Part shown: in pieces, positions 1 through 8,752 of the stretch
Layout of the letters: every line of letters starts with the position of its first letter
Numbering within the stretch: the stretch's first letter is position 1
Source of the DNA: a virus
Reading direction: 5' to 3' (one strand)
Length of the DNA stretch: 64,000 nucleotides
Virus record (IMG/VR): IMGVR_UViG_3300010939_000064
Coordinates: 1-64,000 of that record
Notes under the pieces: generated by a model
Databases searched by the model: none
The model's input: only the letters and a program-made list of their open reading frames with translations
What the model was told of the DNA's origin: nothing
Translations under genes and position numbers: made by a program

Positions 1-87
1 AGTAAATGTGGTAATAATATGGTTATTATAAAACTTCCGGGTGGTAATACTTTTGTGTGTAAAAAATGTATGAGTAATTTAAAATGA
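1..87 (+). CDS. 3' end of a small Zn-ribbon protein gene (truncated by window edge)
   Basis: Frame 1 is open from nt 1 to TGA 85-87. It translates as ..KCGNNMVIIKLPGGNTFVCKKCMSNLK with two CxxC pairs. The stop overlaps the next start (ATGA). Confidence 0.4.
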   Translation, partial: SKCGNNMVIIKLPGGNTFVCKKCMSNLK

Positions 88-665
88 GTAACATTTCTAT
101 GTACGACGGAAATGATAAATTAATTTTATCTAATGAAGCGAAAGATAAAATACTGAATAAAATTATAACTCCTAGAAATAAGAATGAATGTTGGGAATCT
201 AATGGAACACACGATAAAAATGGTTATTCTATGTGTGGTCTTGGTTATGGTTTTAGTAGTCAACTACATAGAATTATTTATGAATTAATAAAAGGTAAAA
301 TAGATGACAAATTAGAATTAGATCATCTTTGTAAGAACACTGGGTGTGTTAATCCAGATCATTTAGAAGCTGTAACACATCGTGAAAATGTTTTAAGAGG
401 AAATCATTCTATAATGAATAAGGGATATTGTAGAAAAGGTCATATATTAAATAAAGACAATATTTATGTTGTACCTAGTACTGGACATATACGTTGTAGA
501 AAATGTATTGGAATGTATCACCCTAAAATAGTTGATAAACACAATAGAGATAAAACGCGTTGTAAAAGAGGGCATGAATTTAATGAAAAGAATACTTATA
601 TTAGAAAAAATAATTCTAGACAATGCAAGAAATGTGTAAAATTAAGAAATCAAGGTTTGATATAG
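84..665 (+). CDS. HNH homing endonuclease, paralog 1 of 5 (HNH_3-like core plus two C-terminal Cys4 modules)
   Basis: Core motif LELDHLCKNTGCVNPDHLEAVTHRENVLRG. Two repeats of C-x2-GH..N.Y....G...C-x2-C follow. Clear paralogs lie at 54974, 58107, 59564 and 61398. Confidence 0.8.
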   Translation: MSNISMYDGNDKLILSNEAKDKILNKIITPRNKNECWESNGTHDKNGYSMCGLGYGFSSQLHRIIYELIKGKIDDKLELDHLCKNTGCVNPDHLEAVTHRENVLRGNHSIMNKGYCRKGHILNKDNIYVVPSTGHIRCRKCIGMYHPKIVDKHNRDKTRCKRGHEFNEKNTYIRKNNSRQCKKCVKLRNQGLI

Positions 666-695
666 AATGCAAAATCTGAATTACTATAAGAAACC

Positions 696-1847
696 TTGGA
701 TCTTTATACAGAGACCCTAAATATTTTTAAAGAACGAAAGTTCATAAAGGCAAATTTAATATTGCCGACTTACATTTGTTCTATCGGATCACATATGTTC
801 AATTTTACAAATAAACATAAACACCTATATTGGTACGGCGATACTATTCCTGATATGAGATTGCATATATTTATGGTAACAATTCCAGGATTTGGAAAGA
901 CATATTTGTTAAATCAATTTATGAGTAAATATAATGGATTATTAAGAGATTCTGCTGTTAATGTGGGTAAAATAGGAAGTTTAACTTCTTCAGGACTTGT
1001 TGGAAGTGTTAAATCTACACCAGACGGGCAGACAGTTATTAATAAAGGAGTACTTCAAAAGAAGGCTGATTACATTTTAGGTAGTGATGAATTTAGTAAT
1101 ATTACAACATCTAGTAAAGCAGCTCATAGTGCTAATTTGATTAACGACTTATTATCTGCTCTCGATGATGGAGAGATGCATAAAGATCAGAGCGGTGGTG
1201 GTATTGAATATGAAACTTTTGCTACAGTATGGGGAGCAACGCAACCAGGTCGTTATGAACTTAAAGCTGGACTTCCAAGAAGATTTGCGTTTGTTATTTA
1301 TATGCCAGATATTAGTGATGTTTATAAGTTTAGAAAAATCAGACAAGAATCTCAGAATGTTAAACTTAATGTTAAACGAATTTTAGAATATAGAGTTAAT
1401 CTTGCTGAGAGATATAAGGATATTAAAGAAGTTCTTACAAGGATTGAATTTAGTGATGAGTGGTATAAATGGATACATAAGAGATTTGCTACTCATTATG
1501 AAGATATGATTTATGAAAGGATATTGTTAGGTTATTGGTTAATGAAAATTGAAAGTATTCCTCAAACATTGATTTTAGGTTTGAACGATGAAGTTGAAAA
1601 AATTATCGATCAGCAGTTAGATGCGCGCTTGCAGATTGCTAAAGGTATTGAAAAAATTAAAATTATGGAAGTGCTTAAGAATATGAAACAAATTAAATAT
1701 CAAGAATTACTTAGGTTATTACTTACATTTGGACTTCCAGAAAAATATATTTTAGGAAGTTTAGATGCACTTATTGCTAATAAGTTTATTAGTATAGAGA
1801 AAGATAGTAATATGGTTATAAATTTAATGTATAAGGAGGTAACTTAA
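696..1847 (+). CDS. MCM/Mg-chelatase-clade AAA+ ATPase (candidate replicative helicase core)
   Basis: Walker A is IPGFGKTYL and Walker B is ILGSDEFSN. The stretch LSALDDGEMHKD..GGIEYETFATVWGATQPGRY..LPRRFAFVIYMPD parallels the MCM region hEamEqq..ia..G....l.ar..vlAAaNP..GrY...lsRFDL. TTG start. Confidence 0.5.
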   Translation: MDLYTETLNIFKERKFIKANLILPTYICSIGSHMFNFTNKHKHLYWYGDTIPDMRLHIFMVTIPGFGKTYLLNQFMSKYNGLLRDSAVNVGKIGSLTSSGLVGSVKSTPDGQTVINKGVLQKKADYILGSDEFSNITTSSKAAHSANLINDLLSALDDGEMHKDQSGGGIEYETFATVWGATQPGRYELKAGLPRRFAFVIYMPDISDVYKFRKIRQESQNVKLNVKRILEYRVNLAERYKDIKEVLTRIEFSDEWYKWIHKRFATHYEDMIYERILLGYWLMKIESIPQTLILGLNDEVEKIIDQQLDARLQIAKGIEKIKIMEVLKNMKQIKYQELLRLLLTFGLPEKYILGSLDALIANKFISIEKDSNMVINLMYKEVT

Positions 1848-1848
1848 A

Positions 1849-2184
1849 ATGCATTATACTTTGTTACAACAGTTGTTGGATAGTCAATTACAAATGCAAG
1901 AAGAATATTTTCCAGAAATCAAGAAATTAAGTCAAGGAGAACAAATGTTAATTAATACTAGAGCGATGATTCATGAAACAATAGAAGTTGAAAATGAATT
2001 AAATTGGAAACATTGGAAAAAACCTATACTAATAAATGATAAAGCTATTAAAGATGAAATAGTGGATCAATTTATATTTTTGATGAATGAAATAAACATT
2101 AGTAAAATGGACGCAGAAGAATTATATGAACGTACTATGAATAAGATTAATATTAATATTGCGCGTCAGAAGTCCGGCTATTGA
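1849..2184 (+). CDS. all-alpha NTP pyrophosphohydrolase, dimeric dUTPase/dCTPase-like (dUTPase_2 type)
   Basis: Pattern ..AMIHETIEVENELNWKHWKK..IKDEIVDQFIFLMNE..Y..MNKININIARQKSGY matches the E..E...WK.W...E.vD.lhF...K...N..R...GY signature. GGAGGT lies 8 nt upstream of the ATG. Confidence 0.55.
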   Translation: MHYTLLQQLLDSQLQMQEEYFPEIKKLSQGEQMLINTRAMIHETIEVENELNWKHWKKPILINDKAIKDEIVDQFIFLMNEINISKMDAEELYERTMNKININIARQKSGY

Positions 2185-2220
2185 GTAACAGTTTATATAT
2201 CATTATGATTTATATATATT

Positions 2221-2622
2221 ATGGAGAATCCTATGTTTGACTTTTCAACCAAAGTGATCACACAGGATCAAACGCTTGTGTTACAGAGTAAAATTCTAGA
2301 TTTCATTAGAGAAGCGCTTGTATATGATAAAGGGTATGTTGTATTTGAAGTTGCTAATTTAGGTGTTTTTGAATTTAATATTTATTATAGCGACGGATCT
2401 ACTGTAGACGCGCATTATGATGAAACTAGAACTGAGACCATTGATAGAATTTTATATACAATTGATTGTAAAGAATTAAAAAAGTATAAAAGTAATAATA
2501 TTATAATTAATGAGATTATAAAGTATTTATATAACTATGTTATTGGTATGATTAGTTCCAATATTTTAGAAGAAACACATCATATTAAGAATTTTAGTTT
2601 TATATTTAAAAAGAATAAATGA
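2221..2622 (+). CDS. hypothetical protein
   Basis: 133-aa ORF, co-oriented with its neighbours. No motif recognised. Confidence 0.5.
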   Translation: MENPMFDFSTKVITQDQTLVLQSKILDFIREALVYDKGYVVFEVANLGVFEFNIYYSDGSTVDAHYDETRTETIDRILYTIDCKELKKYKSNNIIINEIIKYLYNYVIGMISSNILEETHHIKNFSFIFKKNK

Positions 2623-2668
2623 ATAAACGTAATTACTTATATACTATGGTTTGTATATATACATATCT

Positions 2669-2989
2669 ATGAACTCTCAAAATACTGAACAAGTGGGTGA
2701 TCAGCATGCAATGGTTGCTATAAAAGTGTTTAAAGATCATCGCGTAGATGAGAGTACAGAGTTTAGAGTCGAACCAGTTTTTTATGAAGATATCATAACT
2801 GTACTGGATAAATTCGCAAAACTTGCTAAAGTTAGTAAAAATACTAAAGAAGAAGTAGAAGAAGAAGTAAGTGTATGTCCACATGGATATGAAAATTGTA
2901 ACGAAGATGATTTTGAGTCTATGTGTGATGAATGTCGACAGGATAGAGCTGAGGCTCACAATGATGCGATGATGGATACTTATGATTAA
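2669..2989 (+). CDS. acidic hypothetical protein with C-terminal Cys cluster
   Basis: The track ORF 2651..2989 begins at a TTG inside a TA-repeat. The first ATG, at 2669 (MNSQNTEQ..), is the more likely start. TATA-like TTATATAC lies at 2637. Confidence 0.45.
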   Translation: MNSQNTEQVGDQHAMVAIKVFKDHRVDESTEFRVEPVFYEDIITVLDKFAKLAKVSKNTKEEVEEEVSVCPHGYENCNEDDFESMCDECRQDRAEAHNDAMMDTYD

Positions 2990-3069
2990 CGGTTGTATGC
3001 ATCTTAATCCTGTATCTCGAGTTACAGTCGAAGATAAAACATGGTGTACAGATTGTGGAAGACGTTTAG

Positions 3070-3282
3070 ATGTTTGATAAGAGTGAATATTATAAAGAGA
3101 GATATAGAAATGATCCAGAGTATAGGAAAAAGAGAATTGCTTGGTCTTCAAATTGGAATAAGAAAAATATCACACGAGTTAATGCTATAAATAGGAAACG
3201 TTATGCAAATAGAACTTCAAAACAAATTAAGGAAAGACAGCAACAACTAAGGAAAATGAGAGCTATTGGTAAATGGAGATAA
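3070..3282 (+). CDS. small highly basic protein
   Basis: 70-aa ORF rich in K/R (RYRNDPEYRKKRIAW..KRYANRTSKQIKERQQQLRKMR). Its start overlaps the stop of a 31-aa Zn-ribbon ORF (2982..3077). Confidence 0.4.
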   Translation: MFDKSEYYKERYRNDPEYRKKRIAWSSNWNKKNITRVNAINRKRYANRTSKQIKERQQQLRKMRAIGKWR

Positions 3283-3291
3283 TGGATACTA

Positions 3292-3447
3292 ATGTTTGAT
3301 AATGAGATGCATTGTAAGAAGTGTCAAATTACTTTTCATACATTTAATGAAGTAGGTTGGATTGGACCTGGTGAACCTTGTTGTCCACGATGCGGATCTA
3401 AAGAAATTGAAGAATTTAGACGTGATGGGAAAATTGTTGAAATATGA
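3292..3447 (+). CDS. Zn-ribbon mini-protein (51 aa)
   Basis: Hand translation: MFDNEMHCKKCQITFHTFNEVGWIGPGEPCCPRCGSKEIEEFRRDGKIVEI. It contains CxxC...CxxC. Below the 60-aa track cutoff. Confidence 0.45.
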   Translation: MFDNEMHCKKCQITFHTFNEVGWIGPGEPCCPRCGSKEIEEFRRDGKIVEI

Positions 3448-3699
3448 TAGAAATATTTAGAGTCGGAAGACATGTTGCTTTTAGAGGAGAACTTGATAAG
3501 TTATCTAAAGGAGATATGAGTAGTTTAGAGAATTTATTTTTGGCTCTTGAGTTCGCGGAGAAATTAAAGAAATGAGTAGTAAAGTCTTTAAAAAAACTCC
3601 AAAAGGTTGCTTTTGTGATGAATTGGAATTTCTAACTTGTGCAATTTGTATGTCAATAAATATGGGATACGGAAATCCTGCGGAGAAATTGAAAGCATA

Positions 3700-3825
3700 A
3701 TGCCAGGAAATCATAAATGTCCAGACTGTAAAACAATTTATTCATGTACAGCAGACGAATGTTCAGAACATTATTGGTTACAATGTATTCTTTGTGAAAT
3801 TAAAATTAGTGAGGTTAATAAATAA
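3700..3825 (+). CDS. Cys-rich mini-protein
   Basis: Internal ATG of track ORF 3637..3825 (MPGNHKCPDCKTIYSCTADECSEHYWLQCILCEIK). The ATG overlaps the stop of an upstream 42-aa ORF (3572..3700) as TAATG. Confidence 0.4.
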   Translation: MPGNHKCPDCKTIYSCTADECSEHYWLQCILCEIKISEVNK

Positions 3826-4015
3826 TGGCACACCATCATGATGGTTCAACATATTGTATAGAATCAGGCTGTGGAAATTTAAAAGCTGAAGGTTTCGATT
3901 TATGTGAAAGTTGTTTGGAGATGGAAAGAAATGGTTAAGGAATGTACGGTTTGTGGACATATAGATTGGTCTGATAATGAAGATGAATGTCCTTCATGTG
4001 GGAATTGTGGGTGGA

Positions 4016-4282
4016 ATGGAAGATAAGAATACAACAATGGATTTAGTATCAAGTGATATTAAATTTAAGCCGGATGATTTTGAACATATGTTTATAGTAA
4101 TTCAGGTAAAAAATGGGGATGAAATTGAGATTAAACAAGAAATATTAGAAAGTTATAAACTTTTAGGACTTATAGATCATAAAATATGGTGGTTAGATAC
4201 ATGGGCAGGAACAGAAACAGAAAATGGCATATTGCATAAACAACTTAGTGAATTAAGGAGAAAAAGTAAAAATGGTAGTTAA
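4016..4282 (+). CDS. hypothetical protein
   Basis: The 5' part of track ORF 3977..4282 overlaps a Zn-ribbon ORF (3933..4028, MVKECTVCGHIDWSDNEDECPSCGNCGWNGR). The in-frame ATG at 4016 is the likely start. Confidence 0.4.
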   Translation: MEDKNTTMDLVSSDIKFKPDDFEHMFIVIQVKNGDEIEIKQEILESYKLLGLIDHKIWWLDTWAGTETENGILHKQLSELRRKSKNGS

Positions 4283-4396
4283 CGGAAGATTAACATATCC
4301 TGATATTGTTAGACTTATTACAATAGTATTAGATTCTAAGCATTCAGATAAATATAAGAAAGATTTAGTAACTGGATTGGTGCATATTAAAGCATA

Positions 4397-4663
4397 ATGA
4401 AATATCAAATACACGTTAGAGACGTTGTGATAGTTAGTATGGCTGTGTTAATGACTGTGAATTATATAGCAGATTATAGTCATAGATCGTTTTTAACGCA
4501 TGATATACTAGACCCAATGTTACAAGCAATATCGTCTTTACAAAACATTCATTTGAAAGATTTAAAACAGGAAATATTTGAAAATGAATATGAAATACAT
4601 GTAGAGTATGAGAAGAAACTTATTAAAAAGATTACTCTTCTTGAAACGTTATTAGAAGGTTAA
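4397..4663 (+). CDS. hypothetical protein
   Basis: 88-aa ORF. Its start is coupled to the upstream small ORF by TAATG. Confidence 0.45.
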   Translation: MKYQIHVRDVVIVSMAVLMTVNYIADYSHRSFLTHDILDPMLQAISSLQNIHLKDLKQEIFENEYEIHVEYEKKLIKKITLLETLLEG

Positions 4664-4781
4664 TTATAATGAAAGTAGCATTGTCTAAAAAAGAAATTCG
4701 TACATTAGTGTATTTTAATGTTGATCCAGAATTAGGATTTAATTGGATTAAGTTTGAAACAGATTTAAGGAAATTGTTTAA

Positions 4782-5069
4782 ATGAGTGGATCTGGTAGAG
4801 CCGGTGGAATTATTTGTTATGAAGACACTTACAAAAATGTAAGCTGTAATAAATGTGGAACTGTCAACAAACTTTCAAAAAGAACTATGGATGATATTGG
4901 AATAAAATGGATAAGATCAGACACTGGAGAACAAGGACGTAATGAAGGTCAAAAATGTAGCAACTGCGGATATAAATTTACAAGGGAAGACTGGGGATTT
5001 GCTGAATGGAGTCAGACTGGTGGATTTGATAACAACCCAAGTCGAAGTCAATATGGAGAATTGTTATGA
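4782..5069 (+). CDS. Zn-ribbon protein
   Basis: Contains SCNKCGTV....KCSNCGYKF, two CxxC pairs about 40 aa apart. Confidence 0.5.
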   Translation: MSGSGRAGGIICYEDTYKNVSCNKCGTVNKLSKRTMDDIGIKWIRSDTGEQGRNEGQKCSNCGYKFTREDWGFAEWSQTGGFDNNPSRSQYGELL

Positions 5070-5266
5070 GTAACTTACCACCAGGAGTAACAGATCAAAT
5101 GATAGAAGATTATGGCAATGGTCCGTTGTGTAAGTGCGGAGATCATTTTAGTGAGCATAATGAGGATGGAAGTTGTAATTGTTATAAGAATCTTAGGACT
5201 AAAGAAGAGTGTCCATGTAAAAAGTTTGAAGAAGGATATCCAGAAGATGAAGACATAGATGAATGA
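5066..5266 (+). CDS. Cys/His-rich mini-protein (C-x-CG-x-H..H...C-x-C type)
   Basis: Motif LCKCGDHFSEHNEDGSCNCY is shared with ORFs 17866 and 18089. ATGA overlap with the upstream gene. Confidence 0.5.
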   Translation: MSNLPPGVTDQMIEDYGNGPLCKCGDHFSEHNEDGSCNCYKNLRTKEECPCKKFEEGYPEDEDIDE

Positions 5267-5533
5267 AGTTCCAAATGATCCAAAGGAAATGATTGACTAT
5301 CTTGTTAAAAGTGGATGGAAAATTGGTACATGGGGTATTAATTTTAGTAAGAAAATTCTTACTGTAAGATTTGAGGAAAATAAAAATGAATGATAAGTTA
5401 GTTCCTGCTAAAGAATGGAAATGTCCTGGTGTGGAAAGAAATTAAGCGACCATGAAGTGTGGGAATTAAATAACTGTAAATTAATGATAGATATACTTTT
5501 AACTGATAAAGATAGAAGGGTGCATTCTTCAAA

Positions 5534-5707
5534 ATGACTGAATGTAATAACGAGAAATGTAAAAACGAAGCTACATTACAGTTTGATCATAATGGTAAGT
5601 TAACGCTTTATTGCGATTTTTGTTTTGATAGAATATGTGCAGTATTTGAAGCAATGGGGTCGTTTAAACCTATTGCTTATCCGATAGGAACGGAGACAAA
5701 AGGTTGA
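5534..5707 (+). CDS. Cys-rich mini-protein (57 aa)
   Basis: Hand translation: MTECNNEKCKNEATLQFDHNGKLTLYCDFCFDRICAVFEAMGSFKPIAYPIGTETKG. It fills an otherwise empty gap. Confidence 0.4.
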   Translation: MTECNNEKCKNEATLQFDHNGKLTLYCDFCFDRICAVFEAMGSFKPIAYPIGTETKG

Positions 5708-5711
5708 GAAT

Positions 5712-6137
5712 GTGTTTATTATGATACCAGTTACTGAAAAAGAATCAAAAAAATTAAATGATTGGATACAAAAATGGTGTGATGATGGAGAATATGATGT
5801 TCATCAGACTGGTAAATCAATAGCGTATATTGGTTGGTATTGGAGAGAAGTTGATTTTACAATTCCATTTAGATTAGGTAAATGTAAATCAGAGGGAACA
5901 GTAGTTGAAGGAATAGGTATATTAGAAACTACATCTGATTTTATTGGATTTATGGAAAATAATAAATGGAGCTATGATCAAATTAGAGTTTCAAAAAGTT
6001 TTTATGAGAAATTTATTACAATACTTAGAGAAGTAAAATTAAGTCATGAAAGAAATGACAAATTGTCATTAGATTCTTTACAAGAAATAAATGATTTGAT
6101 TCAATCGCAACGTTTACAATTTAAGGTGGCACCTTGA
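5712..6137 (+). CDS. hypothetical protein
   Basis: 141-aa ORF. Start is GTG 5712 or ATG 5721. Confidence 0.5.
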   Translation: MFIMIPVTEKESKKLNDWIQKWCDDGEYDVHQTGKSIAYIGWYWREVDFTIPFRLGKCKSEGTVVEGIGILETTSDFIGFMENNKWSYDQIRVSKSFYEKFITILREVKLSHERNDKLSLDSLQEINDLIQSQRLQFKVAP

Positions 6138-6256
6138 GAATACATGGACAAACTGTAGTTCATCATGAATTTGAATGTAAATACTGTGATGAAGTTCTTC
6201 CTTCTAAAGCGAGACAAGTGGTTCATACTAAAGAAGTTCATGGAGTGGAGATGTAA
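6134..6256 (+). CDS. C2H2 zinc-finger mini-protein (40 aa, TTG start)
   Basis: Hand translation ..HEFECKYCDEVLPSKARQVVHTKEVHGVEM gives C-x2-C-x12-H-x4-H. The TTG overlaps the upstream stop. Confidence 0.35.
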   Translation: MRIHGQTVVHHEFECKYCDEVLPSKARQVVHTKEVHGVEM

Positions 6257-6405
6257 TGTGGGAGAAAATTTCAGACATGAAAAAATCAAGTGATTTTTGT
6301 ATTATGGCTAGAGGTTATATTGTCTTTGCATTATTACACGAGCCTTGTGGATATGGTAGTATTGTAATATTTAATCATATCATTTGGGAATCTATAGGTG
6401 ATTGA
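6256..6405 (+). CDS. mini-protein, paralog of ORF 14465..14623
   Basis: MWEKISDMKKSSDFCIMARGYIVFALLHEPCGYGSIVIFNHIIWESIGD aligns with MWRKLSTDTGVTDFCIAVNGWILFSLLHIKADKESETVLVIFNHTVFERCSY. Confidence 0.45.
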   Translation: MWEKISDMKKSSDFCIMARGYIVFALLHEPCGYGSIVIFNHIIWESIGD

Positions 6406-6623
6406 TATTGTTAAAGAAATTATTACCTAAAGTAAAATTTAGTTTATCTAAAATGAAAAGTTTTATTGTTGGAATTATATTTGGTGGTACGTGTGTTAGT
6501 GTTGGAGTTTGGATATTTGGATATAATAATATTTATTCAGGAATAGGAATTGGAGCACTTTTTGTAGTAGGGTTTCTTTGTTTAGTTTATGCATATAGGT
6601 TACATAAGCAGGAGAATAAATGA
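6402..6623 (+). CDS. small membrane protein (two predicted TM helices)
   Basis: Hydrophobic stretches FIVGIIFGGTCVSVGVWIFGY and GIGIGALFVVGFLCLVYAY. TTG start. Confidence 0.45.
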   Translation: MILLKKLLPKVKFSLSKMKSFIVGIIFGGTCVSVGVWIFGYNNIYSGIGIGALFVVGFLCLVYAYRLHKQENK

Positions 6624-6683
6624 AATCTGACAAAGAAAAGATAAAATCTAAAAGACGAAGTTCTATAGATTATAATCAAGGTT

Positions 6684-7214
6684 TTGAGTAACGAAGTTAG
6701 AGATTATACAACTAAGTGTTGTGATGGTGTTGGAGATAAGAATAGTCCTAAATATATGTTAGTTGGAATTTCTGGTGGACGTCTTGGATGTATACAGACA
6801 GGTGTACCGTTTACTAAAGACGCAAGTGGAAAATTGTTAATCCGTGTTTTACATGAATTAGGATATACTCATAGTTTAGAGTGGGATGAAAATCCTGTTT
6901 ATAATAATATTTATGTAACTAATATTGTTAAAGGTATTATTCTTGATCGAGACGGAAATAATAGAATTCCTTTAACAAATGAGATTAATTATTGGATTCC
7001 AATGTTTAAAAGAGAGATTAAAGAGATTAAGGCTGATAAAATGGTTGCTGTAGGTCGAATAGTGTTAGAAACATTTAATGACATTGGAATTAGGCATTCT
7101 TTGCTTCTTAGGCATCCAAGTTATTATGCTCGTAGTGGAGCACTTGGAAAAAGTAGAGCTTCTTGGAGTGAGATGTTGACTGAATATACAGAAGTATTAG
7201 GAATAAACAAATGA
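6684..7214 (+). CDS. uracil-DNA glycosylase superfamily protein (divergent family 4/5-like)
   Basis: MLVGISGG..GVPFTKDASGKLL..IYVTNIVKG..NRIPL..MVAVGR..RHPSYYA follows the family-4 UDG layout vGEaPG..G.PF.G.aG.lL..vyiTN.vK..nR.P..HPS. The GEAPG motif is replaced by GISGG. Confidence 0.5.
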   Translation: MSNEVRDYTTKCCDGVGDKNSPKYMLVGISGGRLGCIQTGVPFTKDASGKLLIRVLHELGYTHSLEWDENPVYNNIYVTNIVKGIILDRDGNNRIPLTNEINYWIPMFKREIKEIKADKMVAVGRIVLETFNDIGIRHSLLLRHPSYYARSGALGKSRASWSEMLTEYTEVLGINK

Positions 7215-7477
7215 AAGAATCAATAATACGTACATCTCTTAGATTTTTAGTAATGGGTGATACAACTTCAGCAGTTCATAATTTTACATTGATTGTAAAA
7301 AGAATGCTTAAAATTTTAGAAGAACTTGATAAAGAGCAAGATAGTGATATATTAATAGAAAATTTAAGAGATATAATTAAAAATTATGAACAGTTAGATA
7401 AATATATTAAAATCATAAAAGATGCAGATACTGAAGCAATGAAATTACATAATTTATTATATGGAGGTTCTAAATGA
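7211..7477 (+). CDS. hypothetical protein
   Basis: 88-aa ORF with ATGA overlaps at both ends. Confidence 0.5.
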   Translation: MKESIIRTSLRFLVMGDTTSAVHNFTLIVKRMLKILEELDKEQDSDILIENLRDIIKNYEQLDKYIKIIKDADTEAMKLHNLLYGGSK

Positions 7478-7638
7478 TTTGTCCTAAATGTGGTGGTAGT
7501 AAATTATCAGAAAACTCTATTGGTGATAAAGTATTATGTTTAGATTGTAGTAGAGAGTTTGAATTGACACCAATAAATACTTGGTATAAAGATACAGTAT
7601 TAGTTAATAGAAATATTGAATATAATATATCAGTATAG
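7474..7638 (+). CDS. Zn-ribbon mini-protein (54 aa)
   Basis: MICPKCGGSKLSENSIGDKVLCLDCSREFELTP... GGAGGT lies 6 nt upstream. Confidence 0.45.
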   Translation: MICPKCGGSKLSENSIGDKVLCLDCSREFELTPINTWYKDTVLVNRNIEYNISV

Positions 7639-7732
7639 TAAATGACAGTTAACAAAAGTTGATGGGAGGTGAAACGATATAGAAAGAAAGAAAACAACGT
7701 TAATTAGTATAACGGCAATTGCAACTATCTTA

Positions 7733-8734
7733 ATGACAAGTCAGTTAGTCGTATATGCAGATGAATTTAACATGATCTTTGGTGCAGATGCCTTTGTTAA
7801 AGATTGGCTTGAAGTAAAACTTGAACCAGTTGAAACAGGAGGTATAGATGTCAGAGTGATACACACAGCTCTATTCCATTTTGACAATCTTCTTGCCATG
7901 CCAGAACAATTCACAGTAACACATGAGCAAGCAGGTGGTGGCACAGAAATTCTGGCAGTTGAGGTTAAATCAACTTGGCAAAAAATGATTACCTTTGAAG
8001 AACCTGAAATGGAGACTCAAATAACTGAGCCAACAGTCACGCCAGAGATTCAAGCCAAACTTGATGAAAAGCGATCAGAACAAGGGAGACTATTTGAAGC
8101 AGCCATAATCTGTAAATACGGTGAAGGCGCAGAATCAGTGTTTCAAGCAAAGATGGATGTGATAAGACTCAAAGAAATTGAGTACTTTAAACATCTTCCA
8201 ATAAGTTACAAGCTAAGAGCATTGATACTTGCAACAGAAGCATGTGATGCATTCCAGGGATCATATCTATACAGATATCCTGAATATGTAGATATTGCTG
8301 AAGCACAATCGACAGACATCAAACCATTTGTTCTAGATGAAACAGATAGTCCATTGACTAATCCTATAACACAGAGAGATTTGGACAATGAAATCGAAAA
8401 AGCACAAAGATTCCAATGTTCAGAAGCAGGCAAACAACGAGGGCTTTGTATTAATGGAGACATAGGTTTCCCTGAAACCAATTATCCAGCAGGCAAGGCT
8501 TGTCAAGTTCGGCCAGTAGAACCAGGATTAAGAGTAGAATTGATGTGTCCGATGGCAGATCTGAATAGCTATCTAACCACTACACCGACAAAAGACCAAC
8601 ATTGGGCTACAGTGCAACAATTAGTCTGTGATACATATCTAATACAATATGGACATCTAGTAGAACGAATACAAGCCGGAGATGAAACAGCAGAACTTCC
8701 AGATTGGCTAAGCCATTGTGCATTAGAAAATTGA
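7733..8734 (+). CDS. hypothetical secreted protein (higher-GC island); real start probably upstream at ATA 7679
   Basis: 333-aa ORF counted from the first ATG. The same frame is open from 7673 and encodes a signal-peptide-like N-terminus (see findings). Cys-rich C-terminal half. Confidence 0.6.
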   Translation: MTSQLVVYADEFNMIFGADAFVKDWLEVKLEPVETGGIDVRVIHTALFHFDNLLAMPEQFTVTHEQAGGGTEILAVEVKSTWQKMITFEEPEMETQITEPTVTPEIQAKLDEKRSEQGRLFEAAIICKYGEGAESVFQAKMDVIRLKEIEYFKHLPISYKLRALILATEACDAFQGSYLYRYPEYVDIAEAQSTDIKPFVLDETDSPLTNPITQRDLDNEIEKAQRFQCSEAGKQRGLCINGDIGFPETNYPAGKACQVRPVEPGLRVELMCPMADLNSYLTTTPTKDQHWATVQQLVCDTYLIQYGHLVERIQAGDETAELPDWLSHCALEN

Positions 8735-8752
8735 AGTCCGTAAGTAACAGTC

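Noticed and set aside
2633-3151. A 172-aa minus-strand ORF in the early block. The short minus ORFs at 1152, 3505, 3778, 6101, 7470, 12042, 13008, 15133 and 18570 are treated the same way.
   Set aside because: They are antisense to tightly coupled plus-strand genes. Their sequences are hydrophobic, low-complexity and typical of AT-rich antisense frames, with no motifs.
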